A stretch of 64,000 nucleotides of DNA from a virus. The stretch is taken from the IMG/VR virus record IMGVR_UViG_3300027782_000038; one strand, given 5' to 3'. The notes beneath the pieces are model-generated. The model made no database searches, was not told where the DNA came from, and saw only the letters and a list, made by a program, of their open reading frames with translations. A program made the translations under genes and the position numbers. Below are positions 49,246-59,297 of the stretch, piece by piece. Each line of letters begins with the position of its first letter. Position 1 is the first letter of the stretch.

Positions 49246-50091
49246 ATGAAAATTGCAGTTTGTTCAGACCTTCACCTTGAATTCGCTGATCTGGTTTTGA
49301 AAAATGATGAAAATGCCGATGTGCTGATTCTTTCTGGTGATATCTGTGTTGCTAAAGAATTGCCATTTGCCGATTCACATCAAGGTGAACGTTTTCGTGA
49401 TTTTTTCAAACGTTGTTCATTGGAATTTCCCAATGTTGTTATGATTGCCGGTAATCACGAATCGTATCACGGTGATATTTCCACAACTACACAATTGTTA
49501 AAAGATGCGGTGTCTGATCTTACAAACTTTCATGTATTGGAGAAAGAATCATTTGTACTTAATGAAGTGACTTTCGTTGGTGGTACATTGTGGACTGATA
49601 TGAACGGTAATGACGATTTAACCATACGTCATATTTCCCGTGCGATGAATGATTTTCGTTTAATCAAAAACAGTAACACTATGGTATCATACAAAGCAAT
49701 TGCTGAAGATGGTACTGTTGAATTCAAGGAACGTCCTTCTACATTTTCTCCGCTTGATGCAATTGTAGAACATGATAAAATGCTTGACTATATCATGGCG
49801 GTAGTAGATAATAGACCAACTGAAAAGTTTGTTGTTGTTGGTCATCACGCACCTAGTAAATTGAGTACCAAACCACAATATGAACATGATACACTTATGA
49901 ATGGTGGTTACAGTTCTCACTTGTATCAGTTTATGTTGGATCGTCCACAGATCAAGGTTTGGACACACGGACATACACACCATAACTTTGATTATGTGAT
50001 TGGTGAAACTCGTGTTGTTTGTAATCCTCGTGGTTATAAAGGTCATGAACAACAAGCAGAAGATTTTAAATTACAATACTTTGAGGTTTAA
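49246..50091 (+). CDS. Calcineurin-like metallophosphoesterase
   Basis: SDLH, GD, GNHE, HHAP, HGHTH, NPRGY. Confidence 0.9.
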   Translation: MKIAVCSDLHLEFADLVLKNDENADVLILSGDICVAKELPFADSHQGERFRDFFKRCSLEFPNVVMIAGNHESYHGDISTTTQLLKDAVSDLTNFHVLEKESFVLNEVTFVGGTLWTDMNGNDDLTIRHISRAMNDFRLIKNSNTMVSYKAIAEDGTVEFKERPSTFSPLDAIVEHDKMLDYIMAVVDNRPTEKFVVVGHHAPSKLSTKPQYEHDTLMNGGYSSHLYQFMLDRPQIKVWTHGHTHHNFDYVIGETRVVCNPRGYKGHEQQAEDFKLQYFEV

Positions 50092-50093
50092 TT

Positions 50094-52646
50094 ATGAGCG
50101 ATTACTTTGATTATTTGGAAGAACTACGGCAGAGTGGGGTCACCAATATGTTTGGTGCTACTCCATACCTAATGGAAGAATTTGGACTAAGTAGGCATGA
50201 AGCCAAAGATGTTCTACTTCAATGGATGAAAGGTTATGAACGAAAAGACTAAACAAATTGCAGGACAAGTGCTAGATGAATTGGTTCCTAATACTTGGGT
50301 ATCATTAGGATATGATAAGATTAAAGAGATTCAATATCGTACATCTGAGTTGATTGTACTAGAATCTAGTAAATGGATAGTAGATAATTCTAGTTCTATG
50401 GCACTTTGTAAACATTTTGGAGTAAAATAATGATTGAGTATGATATAGACGATAAAAACATAAAAAGAGATATATCATTCGGTCAATGGTTTGCCAAAAT
50501 TACCTGTAGTATTATTATAATTTCTGCTATCATCTATTACATTTGGAAATAAAATGAAAGTCAAAATTGGAAAGTATAAGAATTTTATCGGCCCCTACCA
50601 AATCGCCGAGGCTCTTTGCTTTTGGGCCAAAAAAGAAACAGATGAATATGGATTCAAACATAAACCCGATTGGGTACATAATTTCGGCACTTGGTTATCA
50701 GGCGGTGAAGATAAAGAATCATGGCTTCACAAATTTTGTATTTGGGTTGAGTCTAAACGTACTCGTACAATCAAAGTAAAGATTGATCGTTGGGATACAT
50801 GGTCAATGGATCATACCTTGGCTCACATTGTTTTACCTATGTTGAAACAACTAAATGAAACCAAACACGGTTCTCCTTTTGTTGATGATGAAGATGTACC
50901 AGAAGAATTGCGTTCTACCAATGCAGAACCAAAAGAGAATGAGTACGACACCGACAGTAATCACTTCAAGCGTTGGGATTGGGTCATGGGAGAAATGATC
51001 TTTGCCTTTGAATGTAAACTTGATGACTCATGGGAAGATGCGTTTCGTTCAGGTGAAATGGATCTCAAATGGGTTCCTACTCAGTTTGATGATAATGGTA
51101 AACCAAAAATGTACAGTATGGAAGATGGACCAAATCATACCTATGAGTGTGACTATGAAGGTATGAAGGTTGTACAGAAACGTATTTCAAATGGTTTTCG
51201 TTTGTTTGGTAAATATTACGAAGGACTTTGGGACTAATCATGGGAATGCTCTACGAATATGAATTTAATGATGAACCGACATTCAAAGTTGGTGAACGTG
51301 TGTTTGTTAAACCACTAGGTGTTGAAGCTACTGTAATTTGTCAGATTAGAAGTTATGATGGTGATGAATGTTTTTGGGGTAATGTTGAATTACAATATGA
51401 TGATGGTGGGAAAGGTGTCTCACACTCTTGGCAATTAGAGAAACGATAATGGCAATATCAACTGGTTCTTCTGGTATGAATACTCTAGGTACTTCAATAG
51501 TAAATCCAATGTACACGGATAATAATATTAGAGAAGTAGCAATCAAAGGTGAATGTTTTTCTGTTTCTAAGTCTTTTGGTTTAGGTATGATTAATGATGA
51601 TGTAATAACACCAGATGAAATCAAACGAATGTTGATTAGAGACCTTCTTGAAAAGATGTTGGATAGTAATTTCATTGAGTTTACTAAATTACAAGATTAT
51701 GAAAAAATAACTTTTCGTGCTAGAGTATTTGTAGTACCTGATTCACTAGTTAGACTTCTTAGATTGGAAGGAGTAATTGAATGAGCGATGAAGATCAAAA
51801 AGAGTACGTTTCAAAACGTCTACATAATACACAGAAGCACATTGATAGACAGCTTCGTATTGCAAAAACATCCGATCTTGATGTTTCACAACCACATAGA
51901 TATGCCAAGATGCACGCATTAAATTGTGGTGATCCTAGATGTATTATGTGTGCAAATCCTCGTAAAGTATGGGGTGAAAAGACAATGCAAGAAAGAAAGT
52001 TTGAACAGACTGCTAAATGGATAGAGGATGATAGAGATGAATGAAGATCAACCACATAGGGAAAAGTATTGGTGGGAACATTACCCATTACATAAGTGGT
52101 GGTGTAACGATGCTTGTCCATTAGTACCACGATTTACATATCGTAAAGGTGATCAATACAATACCAATAATTGGACTTTGCATTGGTTGATAATTACTAT
52201 TTGGACAATGGATCATTTCTCTTTTGGTATTGATGCTGAGATTGGCCCTCATGATGGTGCATATGTTGGTTTTATTTTACCTTATTTGAGAGTGACAATC
52301 GGCATCAGACATACCTATTATCAATGGCAATGGAAACTATCACAGTTGCTTAGTAGGAAACCAAAAGGCACAGGATTCCCTGATGATTAGTATAATACAT
52401 TACATTTCTGCCATTAGGCGCTTGAAAGAGTCTGAAAAAACTGTTATGATGATGGGAGGCGAGAGTGAATGTCAACCTATGATACTGGCACAAAGGGATT
52501 ATATAAAAATGGAAGTTGGATATTATAAATCCAAAGCTTTATTTTGGTCAATTATACTAGCAATACTTCCAGTTATTCTTATTCCTTTTACACCAAACAT
52601 ATATGGTTTCGTAACGAACATTATAATGTCTAGCGGCATCAAGTAA
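50094..52646 (+). other. Hypothetical genes (50094-50252, 50236 MNER family, 50554, 51228, 51428, 51781, 52028, 52383)
   Basis: Contiguous ORFs; 50094 has the conserved LRQSGVTNMFGA motif; 50554 has the conserved DTWSMD.TLA motif. Confidence 0.6.
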
Positions 52647-53168
52647 ACTTTCAAATATTTTTCCATTTGGATCAGATACTTTTTTTGCGTTTGGATTTTT
52701 AGATGCACTCAAACCATAACAAGGATTATTTTTACCTTTAGTTTTTTCACTTTGATTTTTCTTCCTTTCATATGCAAATTCCCAATGTGAGGTAACTATC
52801 TCAGAAAGTTTTTTTCTAACTTCAGTTTTACAAGCTGGATTATTATCACCTCTCAAATTTTCTTTAAATTTTTGAGTTCTAATTGCACCAGCACCACCTT
52901 CACCACCATCAGTTTTGTTTCTAAGAATACCAGTATTAATATCTTTACGTCCATACCAACGAATCATCCTACGTTCCAAAGCAAAAGCACCAAGTTCGGT
53001 AAGATTGGATTCAATTATGATTATTTTTGATTTGTCTTTAGGTGGTTGTATTTCTTTTTTGAAATGTTTCCATGCTCTATTTTCTTTACCTTTACCAATA
53101 TAGTAAGGTGTACCATCTCCTCTAAGATAGGCATAAATGTAGAAAATATTTGAATATATACTTGACAT
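52557..53168 (-). mobile_element. Free-standing GIY-YIG homing endonuclease with NUMOD domains
   Basis: [17 protein letters not shown]...R, A.ALE, LRN.TDGGEG; late promoter TATAAATA at 53244-53237. Confidence 0.85.
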
Positions 53169-53263
53169 GGCTGTGTCCTTGTGTTAAAATTTGACATAGA
53201 GTAGGTGGGATTGTGGTGATCCGTGACCTACACTTTTATTTATATAATTTTAAGGGGTTAAAA

Positions 53264-53533
53264 ATGTTATTAGTCGAAGTTGAAAGTGTTGAACGTAATT
53301 GCAAAGTGTTGATTAACATGGATTTGGTTGTTGAAGTTGTGCCTTTGATGGCTGGTGGAACAACTCTATTCTTTGCTGATTCGGCTGCCGTAAATGGTAA
53401 GACTGCATATCAAGTCAAAGATTCTTTCCCTCAATTCCAACAATTTGCCATGCAGACTGTTACTGCTGATGATGTTGCAAAGAAAGTTAAATCATTGAAA
53501 GTTGCTGCAGGATTGGAGATTCCTAAACTATGA
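53264..53533 (+). CDS. Hypothetical protein
   Basis: AAGGGG SD; intact ORF. Confidence 0.6.
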   Translation: MLLVEVESVERNCKVLINMDLVVEVVPLMAGGTTLFFADSAAVNGKTAYQVKDSFPQFQQFAMQTVTADDVAKKVKSLKVAAGLEIPKL

Positions 53534-53817
53534 AGTTTACCCTAATTGCTGAAGATGAACCTTGGTTCACTAGTGGTACTGGTACAAATGCCACAACCAA
53601 AAGAACAGTTGAATTTAGAGCTGAATCATTGACTGATATCATTACTGAATTTGATTTGTTCCTAAAAGGTTCAGGTTACATTTTTGATCATCTAGAGGTT
53701 CATGATGATAATGAAGATGATGAATTTTGTGAATCAGAAACACAAGAAGATTTAGTGTTTGATGAAGAAACTGCTGGACCTGTTTTACATCCTTATGCAA
53801 AAGTGAAAGTTATTTAA
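53530..53817 (+). CDS. Hypothetical protein
   Basis: EF.A..L.DI...F..FLKG.GY motif. Confidence 0.6.
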   Translation: MKFTLIAEDEPWFTSGTGTNATTKRTVEFRAESLTDIITEFDLFLKGSGYIFDHLEVHDDNEDDEFCESETQEDLVFDEETAGPVLHPYAKVKVI

Positions 53818-53822
53818 TCATC

Positions 53823-53858
53823 GACATAACACATCCTATGGTGTGTTATGTCTCTTTT
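53823..53858 (+). terminator. Probable intrinsic terminator
   Basis: GACATAACACA/TGTGTTATGTC stem followed by TCTTTT. Confidence 0.55.
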
Positions 53859-53929
53859 ATGATATATTATGAATTGTCAGAATTCTTATTTTTATAAATA
53901 AGTTTATATGAATACTGACGGAATGTAAA

Positions 53930-54454
53930 ATGAAAAAAACAATGCCTCAAATGGCAAGAACTGGTAAAAATGGCCATGGAAATCCAAGACCAAAAGTTAT
54001 TTGTTTGGATTGTAAACAATCATTGGCACAGAAATTCTTTTCCTATAAAGTTAAAGAAGATCCTTCCCAAGGCATAAGAGAAAGATGTAAATCTTGTTCA
54101 GCTTTAAGAGCAAAAAAAGAAAGTGATAGAAGAAAGAATGATTGGAAATATCAACCAACTAAACATATGTTAAATAATTCTAAACAGAGAGCTAAAGAAT
54201 CAGGAAAAGAACATACATTAACAATAAATGATATTGTTATTCCTGATTTTTGTCCTGTTTTAGGAATAAAGTTGGAAACCGGAGACCGAAAAAACCATTT
54301 TAATGCACCAAGTATTGATAGAATAGATAATACTAAAGGTTACATTAAAGATAATATAGTGGTTGTTTCAACAAGAGCAAATCTTCTTAAAAAAGATGCT
54401 ACTATAAAAGAACTTATTATGATTAGTGAATTTTATAAAAAATATGGAGATTAA
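53930..54454 (+). mobile_element. Free-standing HNH-type (His-Me finger) endonuclease with N-terminal zinc finger
   Basis: CLDC...CKSC; CPVLG, PSIDRID...GY...N.....AN..K; TATAAATA at 53893. Confidence 0.75.
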
Positions 54455-54456
54455 AA

Positions 54457-55038
54457 ATTAATATTTTCTATCTTGATCCTATACCAACCGTATGTGCAAA
54501 ATATCATGTGGATCGTCATGTAACGAAAATGGTACTTGAATATGCTCAACTTCTTTCTACTGCTCACCGGTACCTTGATGGTACTCCCAATGATATACGT
54601 TCAACTACAACTGGTAGAAAGCAAGTTCGCTATATCCTTTCTGATAGTCGTAATGATTTGCTTTATAGTGCCACTCATATCAATCACCCGTCAGCTGTTT
54701 GGGTCAGGCAGTCTGTTAGGAACTATATGTGGTTATCAAATCTTCTGGTAGAATTATGTAAAGAATATACCTATCGTTATGGTAAAGTGCATAAGACTGA
54801 ACGTGATGGTTTGGTGAAATTCTTACATGATGTAATACCAGATAATATTCCACTTACCACATTCACCGAACCTACACCAGCCATGCCTGATGAGGTAAAA
54901 GTGGCAAACGATTCACTGAAGTCATACAGAAATTACTATATAAGTAATAAACAACATCTAGCCTCATGGCAAGGTAAAGTTAATTCTCGAAAGGTGCCTT
55001 CATGGTATCAAATTAGGAGTAGTAATGCCATCATATGA
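54457..55038 (+). CDS. Pyrimidine-dimer DNA glycosylase (DenV-like); probable ATT start
   Basis: (I)NIFYLD....CA..H.DRHV.KM.LEYAQLLSTAH, THINHPS, EY..RYGK.H, PAMP. Confidence 0.75.
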   Translation: MNIFYLDPIPTVCAKYHVDRHVTKMVLEYAQLLSTAHRYLDGTPNDIRSTTTGRKQVRYILSDSRNDLLYSATHINHPSAVWVRQSVRNYMWLSNLLVELCKEYTYRYGKVHKTERDGLVKFLHDVIPDNIPLTTFTEPTPAMPDEVKVANDSLKSYRNYYISNKQHLASWQGKVNSRKVPSWYQIRSSNAII

Positions 55039-55303
55039 TATGCGTAATAAAGAGACAGGTGAAATTGTCGAACATAGAATGAGTTATAAGGTAGTAGATA
55101 AATTCTTAGAAGATAATCCTCATCTGGAACATTATCATACCGCTAAAAATCTTCCAATTATGTCTGATGGTGCTCGTATGAGTGTACCTGGTATTGGACA
55201 ACCTCATGCGGCATTTGAACGTGGGGTTATTCAGAGAATGAAAGAAACTATTCCAGGCAATACTATGTCTGGACATAAAACCAAACTTCCCAGAGAATGG
55301 TAA
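55025..55303 (+). CDS. FmdB-like small regulatory protein
   Basis: MPSYD..N.ETGE; typical position upstream of phoH in T4-like phages. Confidence 0.6.
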   Translation: MPSYDMRNKETGEIVEHRMSYKVVDKFLEDNPHLEHYHTAKNLPIMSDGARMSVPGIGQPHAAFERGVIQRMKETIPGNTMSGHKTKLPREW

Positions 55304-55346
55304 TCTTTAAAACATATTTTATTCATAATAAAAAGAGGTGTTATTA

Positions 55347-56159
55347 ATGGTGACAAGAGCATCAAAGTCCAAAAAAACTCCCATAGAAGAAGTATCATTC
55401 AAACAACAATTTGATACAACTACAAAAGAAAATAATTATGAGGATAAGTATCAATCTCAAAGTAAATCAAGTAATCATTTAAAGATTCGTATTGATGATT
55501 TAAAAACATTCGACCCACTTACAGAAAACCAAAAGATTTTCTTTGATTCTTATAGGCGTGGTGACTATTTTGTAGCATTACATGGTGTGGCAGGTACAGG
55601 TAAAACATTTTGTGCTTTATATAAGGCTTTAGAGGAAGTTTTAGACAAGAGTAATCCTTTTAAGAAGATTATTATTGTAAGGTCAGCAGTACAGTCTAGA
55701 GAGATTGGACATTTACCGGGTGATGTAAATGAAAAGATGGAAATATTTCAGCAACCATATGTTCAGATTTGTGACACATTATTTGGTCGTAAAGATGCAT
55801 ATCAAAGATTAAGTGAACAAGGTTACATTGAATTTATTTCTACATCTTTTATTCGTGGTATGAGTTTTGATGATGCAATCATTATTGTAGATGAAATGCA
55901 GAATCTTAACTTTGAAGAAATTGATACAGTAATGACCCGTGTAGGTTATCGTTCCAAAATTATTTGGTGTGGTGATTATAGACAAACTGATTTGAATAAA
56001 CGTAAAAATGATATGACTGGTATTCTTAAATTCTTTGATATTGCTATACACATGGGTGCCTTCACTAGAATTGAATTTACTGCCGAAGATATTGTTAGGA
56101 GCAGTCTTGTGAAGGACTACATATTAGCTAAGATGAGATATGAGGATAACGAAAAATAA
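55347..56159 (+). CDS. phoH: PhoH-like ATPase
   Basis: GVAGTGKT, IG.LPG, RGMSF, IVDEMQN, GD..Q.DL, DIVRS. Confidence 0.95.
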   Translation: MVTRASKSKKTPIEEVSFKQQFDTTTKENNYEDKYQSQSKSSNHLKIRIDDLKTFDPLTENQKIFFDSYRRGDYFVALHGVAGTGKTFCALYKALEEVLDKSNPFKKIIIVRSAVQSREIGHLPGDVNEKMEIFQQPYVQICDTLFGRKDAYQRLSEQGYIEFISTSFIRGMSFDDAIIIVDEMQNLNFEEIDTVMTRVGYRSKIIWCGDYRQTDLNKRKNDMTGILKFFDIAIHMGAFTRIEFTAEDIVRSSLVKDYILAKMRYEDNEK

Positions 56160-56161
56160 TA

Positions 56162-56821
56162 ATGTTTAACTATTGCCCACCAATTCAACTGCCAGATATA
56201 AAATCAACAACCTTTCCTGATGGGAAAAGGTACTATACACTCCCTGATGGTACTCGTTTACCTTCTGTTACAACTGTAATTGGTGCTCAGAAGAAACAGT
56301 CGATCATGGAATGGCGTCAACGGGTTGGTGAGGCAAAAGCTAATGAAATCTCCCGTAAAGCAACAGGCCGTGGCACCAATGTTCATACAATCTGTGAGAA
56401 TTATCTAAATAATAAATCAGATTTTATGAAAGGTATCATGCCTGATGCTGTAGAGTTCTTTCTAAGTATCAAACCATATCTTAATAAAATCAATAACATA
56501 CACTATCAAGAAGCTGCACTTTGGTCAACTAAATTACAAATGGCAGGTCGTGTGGATTGTATTGGTGAATATGAAGGTGAACTATCCGTTATTGATTTTA
56601 AAACTGCAAGTCGAACGAAAACCAGAGATCAAATCTTAGATTACTTTTGGCAAACTACCGCATACGCTTTGATGTATGGGGAATTGGTAGGTGTTCCTAT
56701 AAATAAATTGGTTATTATTATGGCGGTAGAAGATAAAGAACCTTTAATCTTCATTGAAAAGACTGAGGATCATATTCAAGGTCTGGTAGATGCTATTAAA
56801 TTTTATAGAGAACAGGCTTGA
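56162..56821 (+). CDS. PD-(D/E)xK exonuclease
   Basis: PSVTT, RGT.VH, AGRVD, IDFKT, Q..AY. Confidence 0.85.
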   Translation: MFNYCPPIQLPDIKSTTFPDGKRYYTLPDGTRLPSVTTVIGAQKKQSIMEWRQRVGEAKANEISRKATGRGTNVHTICENYLNNKSDFMKGIMPDAVEFFLSIKPYLNKINNIHYQEAALWSTKLQMAGRVDCIGEYEGELSVIDFKTASRTKTRDQILDYFWQTTAYALMYGELVGVPINKLVIIMAVEDKEPLIFIEKTEDHIQGLVDAIKFYREQA

Positions 56822-56847
56822 CATTGTATGTTTTTATAGTGTATAAT
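56818..56847 (+). promoter_or_regulatory. Sigma70-type promoter for the endonuclease/tmRNA locus
   Basis: TTGACA, 18 bp, TATAAT. Confidence 0.8.
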
Positions 56848-56899
56848 GTAAGTTATGGTTGTATGAAGTAAAGAGAAAAGTGTTGATTTTGGAATTATT

Positions 56900-57562
56900 A
56901 TGAATTTAAATAAAAAACAAATTATAGATGAAAAAGGTCAAATCAGAACAACCAATTTTTGGAATATTGAAATAGATTATAATAATATTACAGAATTAGA
57001 AGAACTAAGAAAAATTATAAGTGGACAGATTCAAAGTATAAAAAGTAAATTTAATGGATTGAAAAACTTAAAAAAAGAAAGATTTGAATCTTGTATAGAC
57101 ATTTACAATACTGACATTTCTCATCTTTATTCTGAAATAAAATTAGACGAAAAACCAATCTACTATGTTTATGCACACTGTATGTCAAATAAAATTGCAG
57201 CGAAAAAAGATGGAATAACTACGTGGGCTGCAACTATAGGATTTACTCACATACCATTCTATATTGGAAAAGGTACAGGTAGAAGAGCATTTGATTTAAA
57301 TCGTAACGAAACTCACAAAAAAGTTAGAGAAAAATTAAAAATTTTTGATAAAAATATAGAAGTTAAAATAATAAAAGAAAATTTAACTGAAATGGAAGCA
57401 TTATGTTTAGAATCAAAATTTATTGATATTTTTGGTTTGATGGGTAAAAGTGGTAGACTGGTAAATTTAGATGAAGGTTTAAAATCTAAAGAAAGACAGA
57501 TGTTATACCGAGATAGTTTAATTAAATTAAATAGTTTTTATGAGAATTCGTTGAAGGTATAG
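56900..57562 (+). mobile_element. GIY-YIG homing endonuclease at the tmRNA locus
   Basis: YYVYAH...PFYIGKG.G.R, EAL.LE..I..FG, LVN. Confidence 0.8.
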
Positions 57563-57850
57563 TAGTGACGGACAGGACGGGAGGTGACTGCTCCCCAGGT
57601 CCACCATAAAGTATATTGACCCGATAAGACACTCTAAAGTCTGAACTGGGAAAACTGTATATTAATATACTTTATAATGGGCCTGAATAATGTCGAATCG
57701 ACTGACGGAACAATGATACTGGAGAATCGTGAAGCACTCACGTAAAATAGCGCAAAAAACGTAAATGCAAATGACGAAAGTTTTGCTTTAGCAGCCTAAA
57801 CACTGCTTAGGGTATTCGGTTGGTTTCCCTCGTAACAGAATTAACCAACC
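57543..57850 (+). ncRNA. ssrA: Circularly permuted (two-piece) tmRNA; outer ends approximate
   Basis: T-arm plus CAGGTCC-A-CCA at 57579-57606 precedes the 5' strand GGGCCTG at 57679 (7-bp acceptor stem with G3:U70); tag GCA..TAA 57767-57799 = ANDESFALAA. Confidence 0.92.
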
Positions 57851-57890
57851 ATTTCACACACAGCAGTTATACACACTAAGGAGAAGTAAA

Positions 57891-58130
57891 ATGAGTTTAA
57901 ATCCATATGAAGTACGTTTAGAAGTTTTGAAGATGGCCGCAGGAATGCTTAATGATGAATATTATGGTAAACGACAGGTAATTGATGAAAATTTTCATAC
58001 ACAGGTTGCCACCGCTAGGGAAAATAATACTACACCACCAGATCATCCTGGATTTCCCGATTTTCCAACAGAAGAAAAGATTCTAGAAAAAGCAAACAAA
58101 CTTTATAAGTTTATTTCAGAATCGAAGTAA
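57891..58130 (+). CDS. Hypothetical protein
   Basis: AAGGAG SD; PYE.RLE.LKMA...PT.E.I..KA..L..F. Confidence 0.65.
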   Translation: MSLNPYEVRLEVLKMAAGMLNDEYYGKRQVIDENFHTQVATARENNTTPPDHPGFPDFPTEEKILEKANKLYKFISESK

Positions 58131-58188
58131 TGCAATAGGTTCGATGGGTTCCATAATACCCATCACCTTATTAACAACAGGATATATA

Positions 58189-58410
58189 ATGCCTAGTCGT
58201 GAAGAAATTAAAGATTTTAGTTTGATGATTGAACATCTTTCTATAGAGAAAAAAATGGGACTGATGGATGCAATCTGTCATTATTGTAAAGAAAGTGGGT
58301 TGGAAGTTGAAGTATCCGCCACTCTCATTTCACCCGTATTGAAATCTAAAATCCGTGAAGAAGCAGAATCACTTAACCTAATTAAAAAGACTAGCAAGTT
58401 ACCAATATGA
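58189..58410 (+). CDS. 33: Late transcription coactivator (T4 gp33)
   Basis: DAI.HYC...GLE.E....LIS..LK.KI..EA; gene order 33-59-32. Confidence 0.85.
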   Translation: MPSREEIKDFSLMIEHLSIEKKMGLMDAICHYCKESGLEVEVSATLISPVLKSKIREEAESLNLIKKTSKLPI

Positions 58411-59024
58411 CAGAAAATACTGGCTTCTCTGCGTTTGCCATGTATAATTCTTTTAAGTTACATTTCACTTCCACATCCTATGATTATTTTAAGTATCATG
58501 GGAAAACAAATGTAACCAAAGAGAATTTCATGCGCCGCAAGGACCGATATTCTTTCTATAAGTTATCAAGAAAATATTCTATAGATGAATTGAAAGAGTA
58601 TTTGGTTGCAAACTTTGTTTATGGTACTAGTACATGGGTGGGAGACTTACTGACACCAGAAGGTGAAGATGCACATAAGAAGTGGCAGAAGATTCACCAG
58701 TCGTTATCCTATACGTTTGAGAATGATATGGACTATCTATTGGACAAGTATGGTATAAAATCTGAAGAAATCTTTAGAGTGGATCGTGGACAACATCCAG
58801 CATTATTGAAAGAGGTTATGTCTGGTTCAGTCAAGATAGAAACATTGGTAATACTAAATGATCTTACCAATTTTGTTGAAGGTCATTGGCAACCAAGGAT
58901 AGAAGATAATATTATTTGGCCCAACTGGTATCTCAAGATTAAGAAATATACTCCGTTTGTTACCTTTGATAAAACTAAGTTTAAAAGTATATTGAAAGAA
59001 AAGATACAGGAATATATGGTATAA
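58407..59024 (+). CDS. 59: Helicase loader (T4 gp59)
   Basis: KLHF...YDYFKY.GK, F..RKD...F.KL, IETL. Confidence 0.9.
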   Translation: MTENTGFSAFAMYNSFKLHFTSTSYDYFKYHGKTNVTKENFMRRKDRYSFYKLSRKYSIDELKEYLVANFVYGTSTWVGDLLTPEGEDAHKKWQKIHQSLSYTFENDMDYLLDKYGIKSEEIFRVDRGQHPALLKEVMSGSVKIETLVILNDLTNFVEGHWQPRIEDNIIWPNWYLKIKKYTPFVTFDKTKFKSILKEKIQEYMV

Positions 59025-59054
59025 ATAAGTGATAATAATAACTTTGGTGTAATT

Positions 59055-59297
59055 ATGAAATCAATACAAGAACAAATTTACAGATCACGAGCTGGTTTGG
59101 CTGAATCTAGAAAAGATACGGACGAAAAGATTTTGCGTTTATTTACGTTTGGTCACAAGTCACATGAAATTGCTAAAAAATTAAATATTGACCACGATGA
59201 TGTAAAAGATTATATTCAAAATAGAATGCCTAAATCACAAGACAATAGTAGTCGTGGTTATAGTTCTGGTCGTACAGTTGGTCATGGCATGAATTAA
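59055..59297 (+). CDS. Small late-expressed HTH-like protein
   Basis: TATAAATA at 59020; GHKSHEIAKKLNI...DV. Confidence 0.6.
   Translation: MKSIQEQIYRSRAGLAESRKDTDEKILRLFTFGHKSHEIAKKLNIDHDDVKDYIQNRMPKSQDNSSRGYSSGRTVGHGMN

Noticed and set aside
57576-57606. Stand-alone tRNA or tRNA fragment/attP ending in CCA
   Set aside because: No anticodon arm; it pairs with the downstream GGGCCTG and is the acceptor piece of the permuted tmRNA
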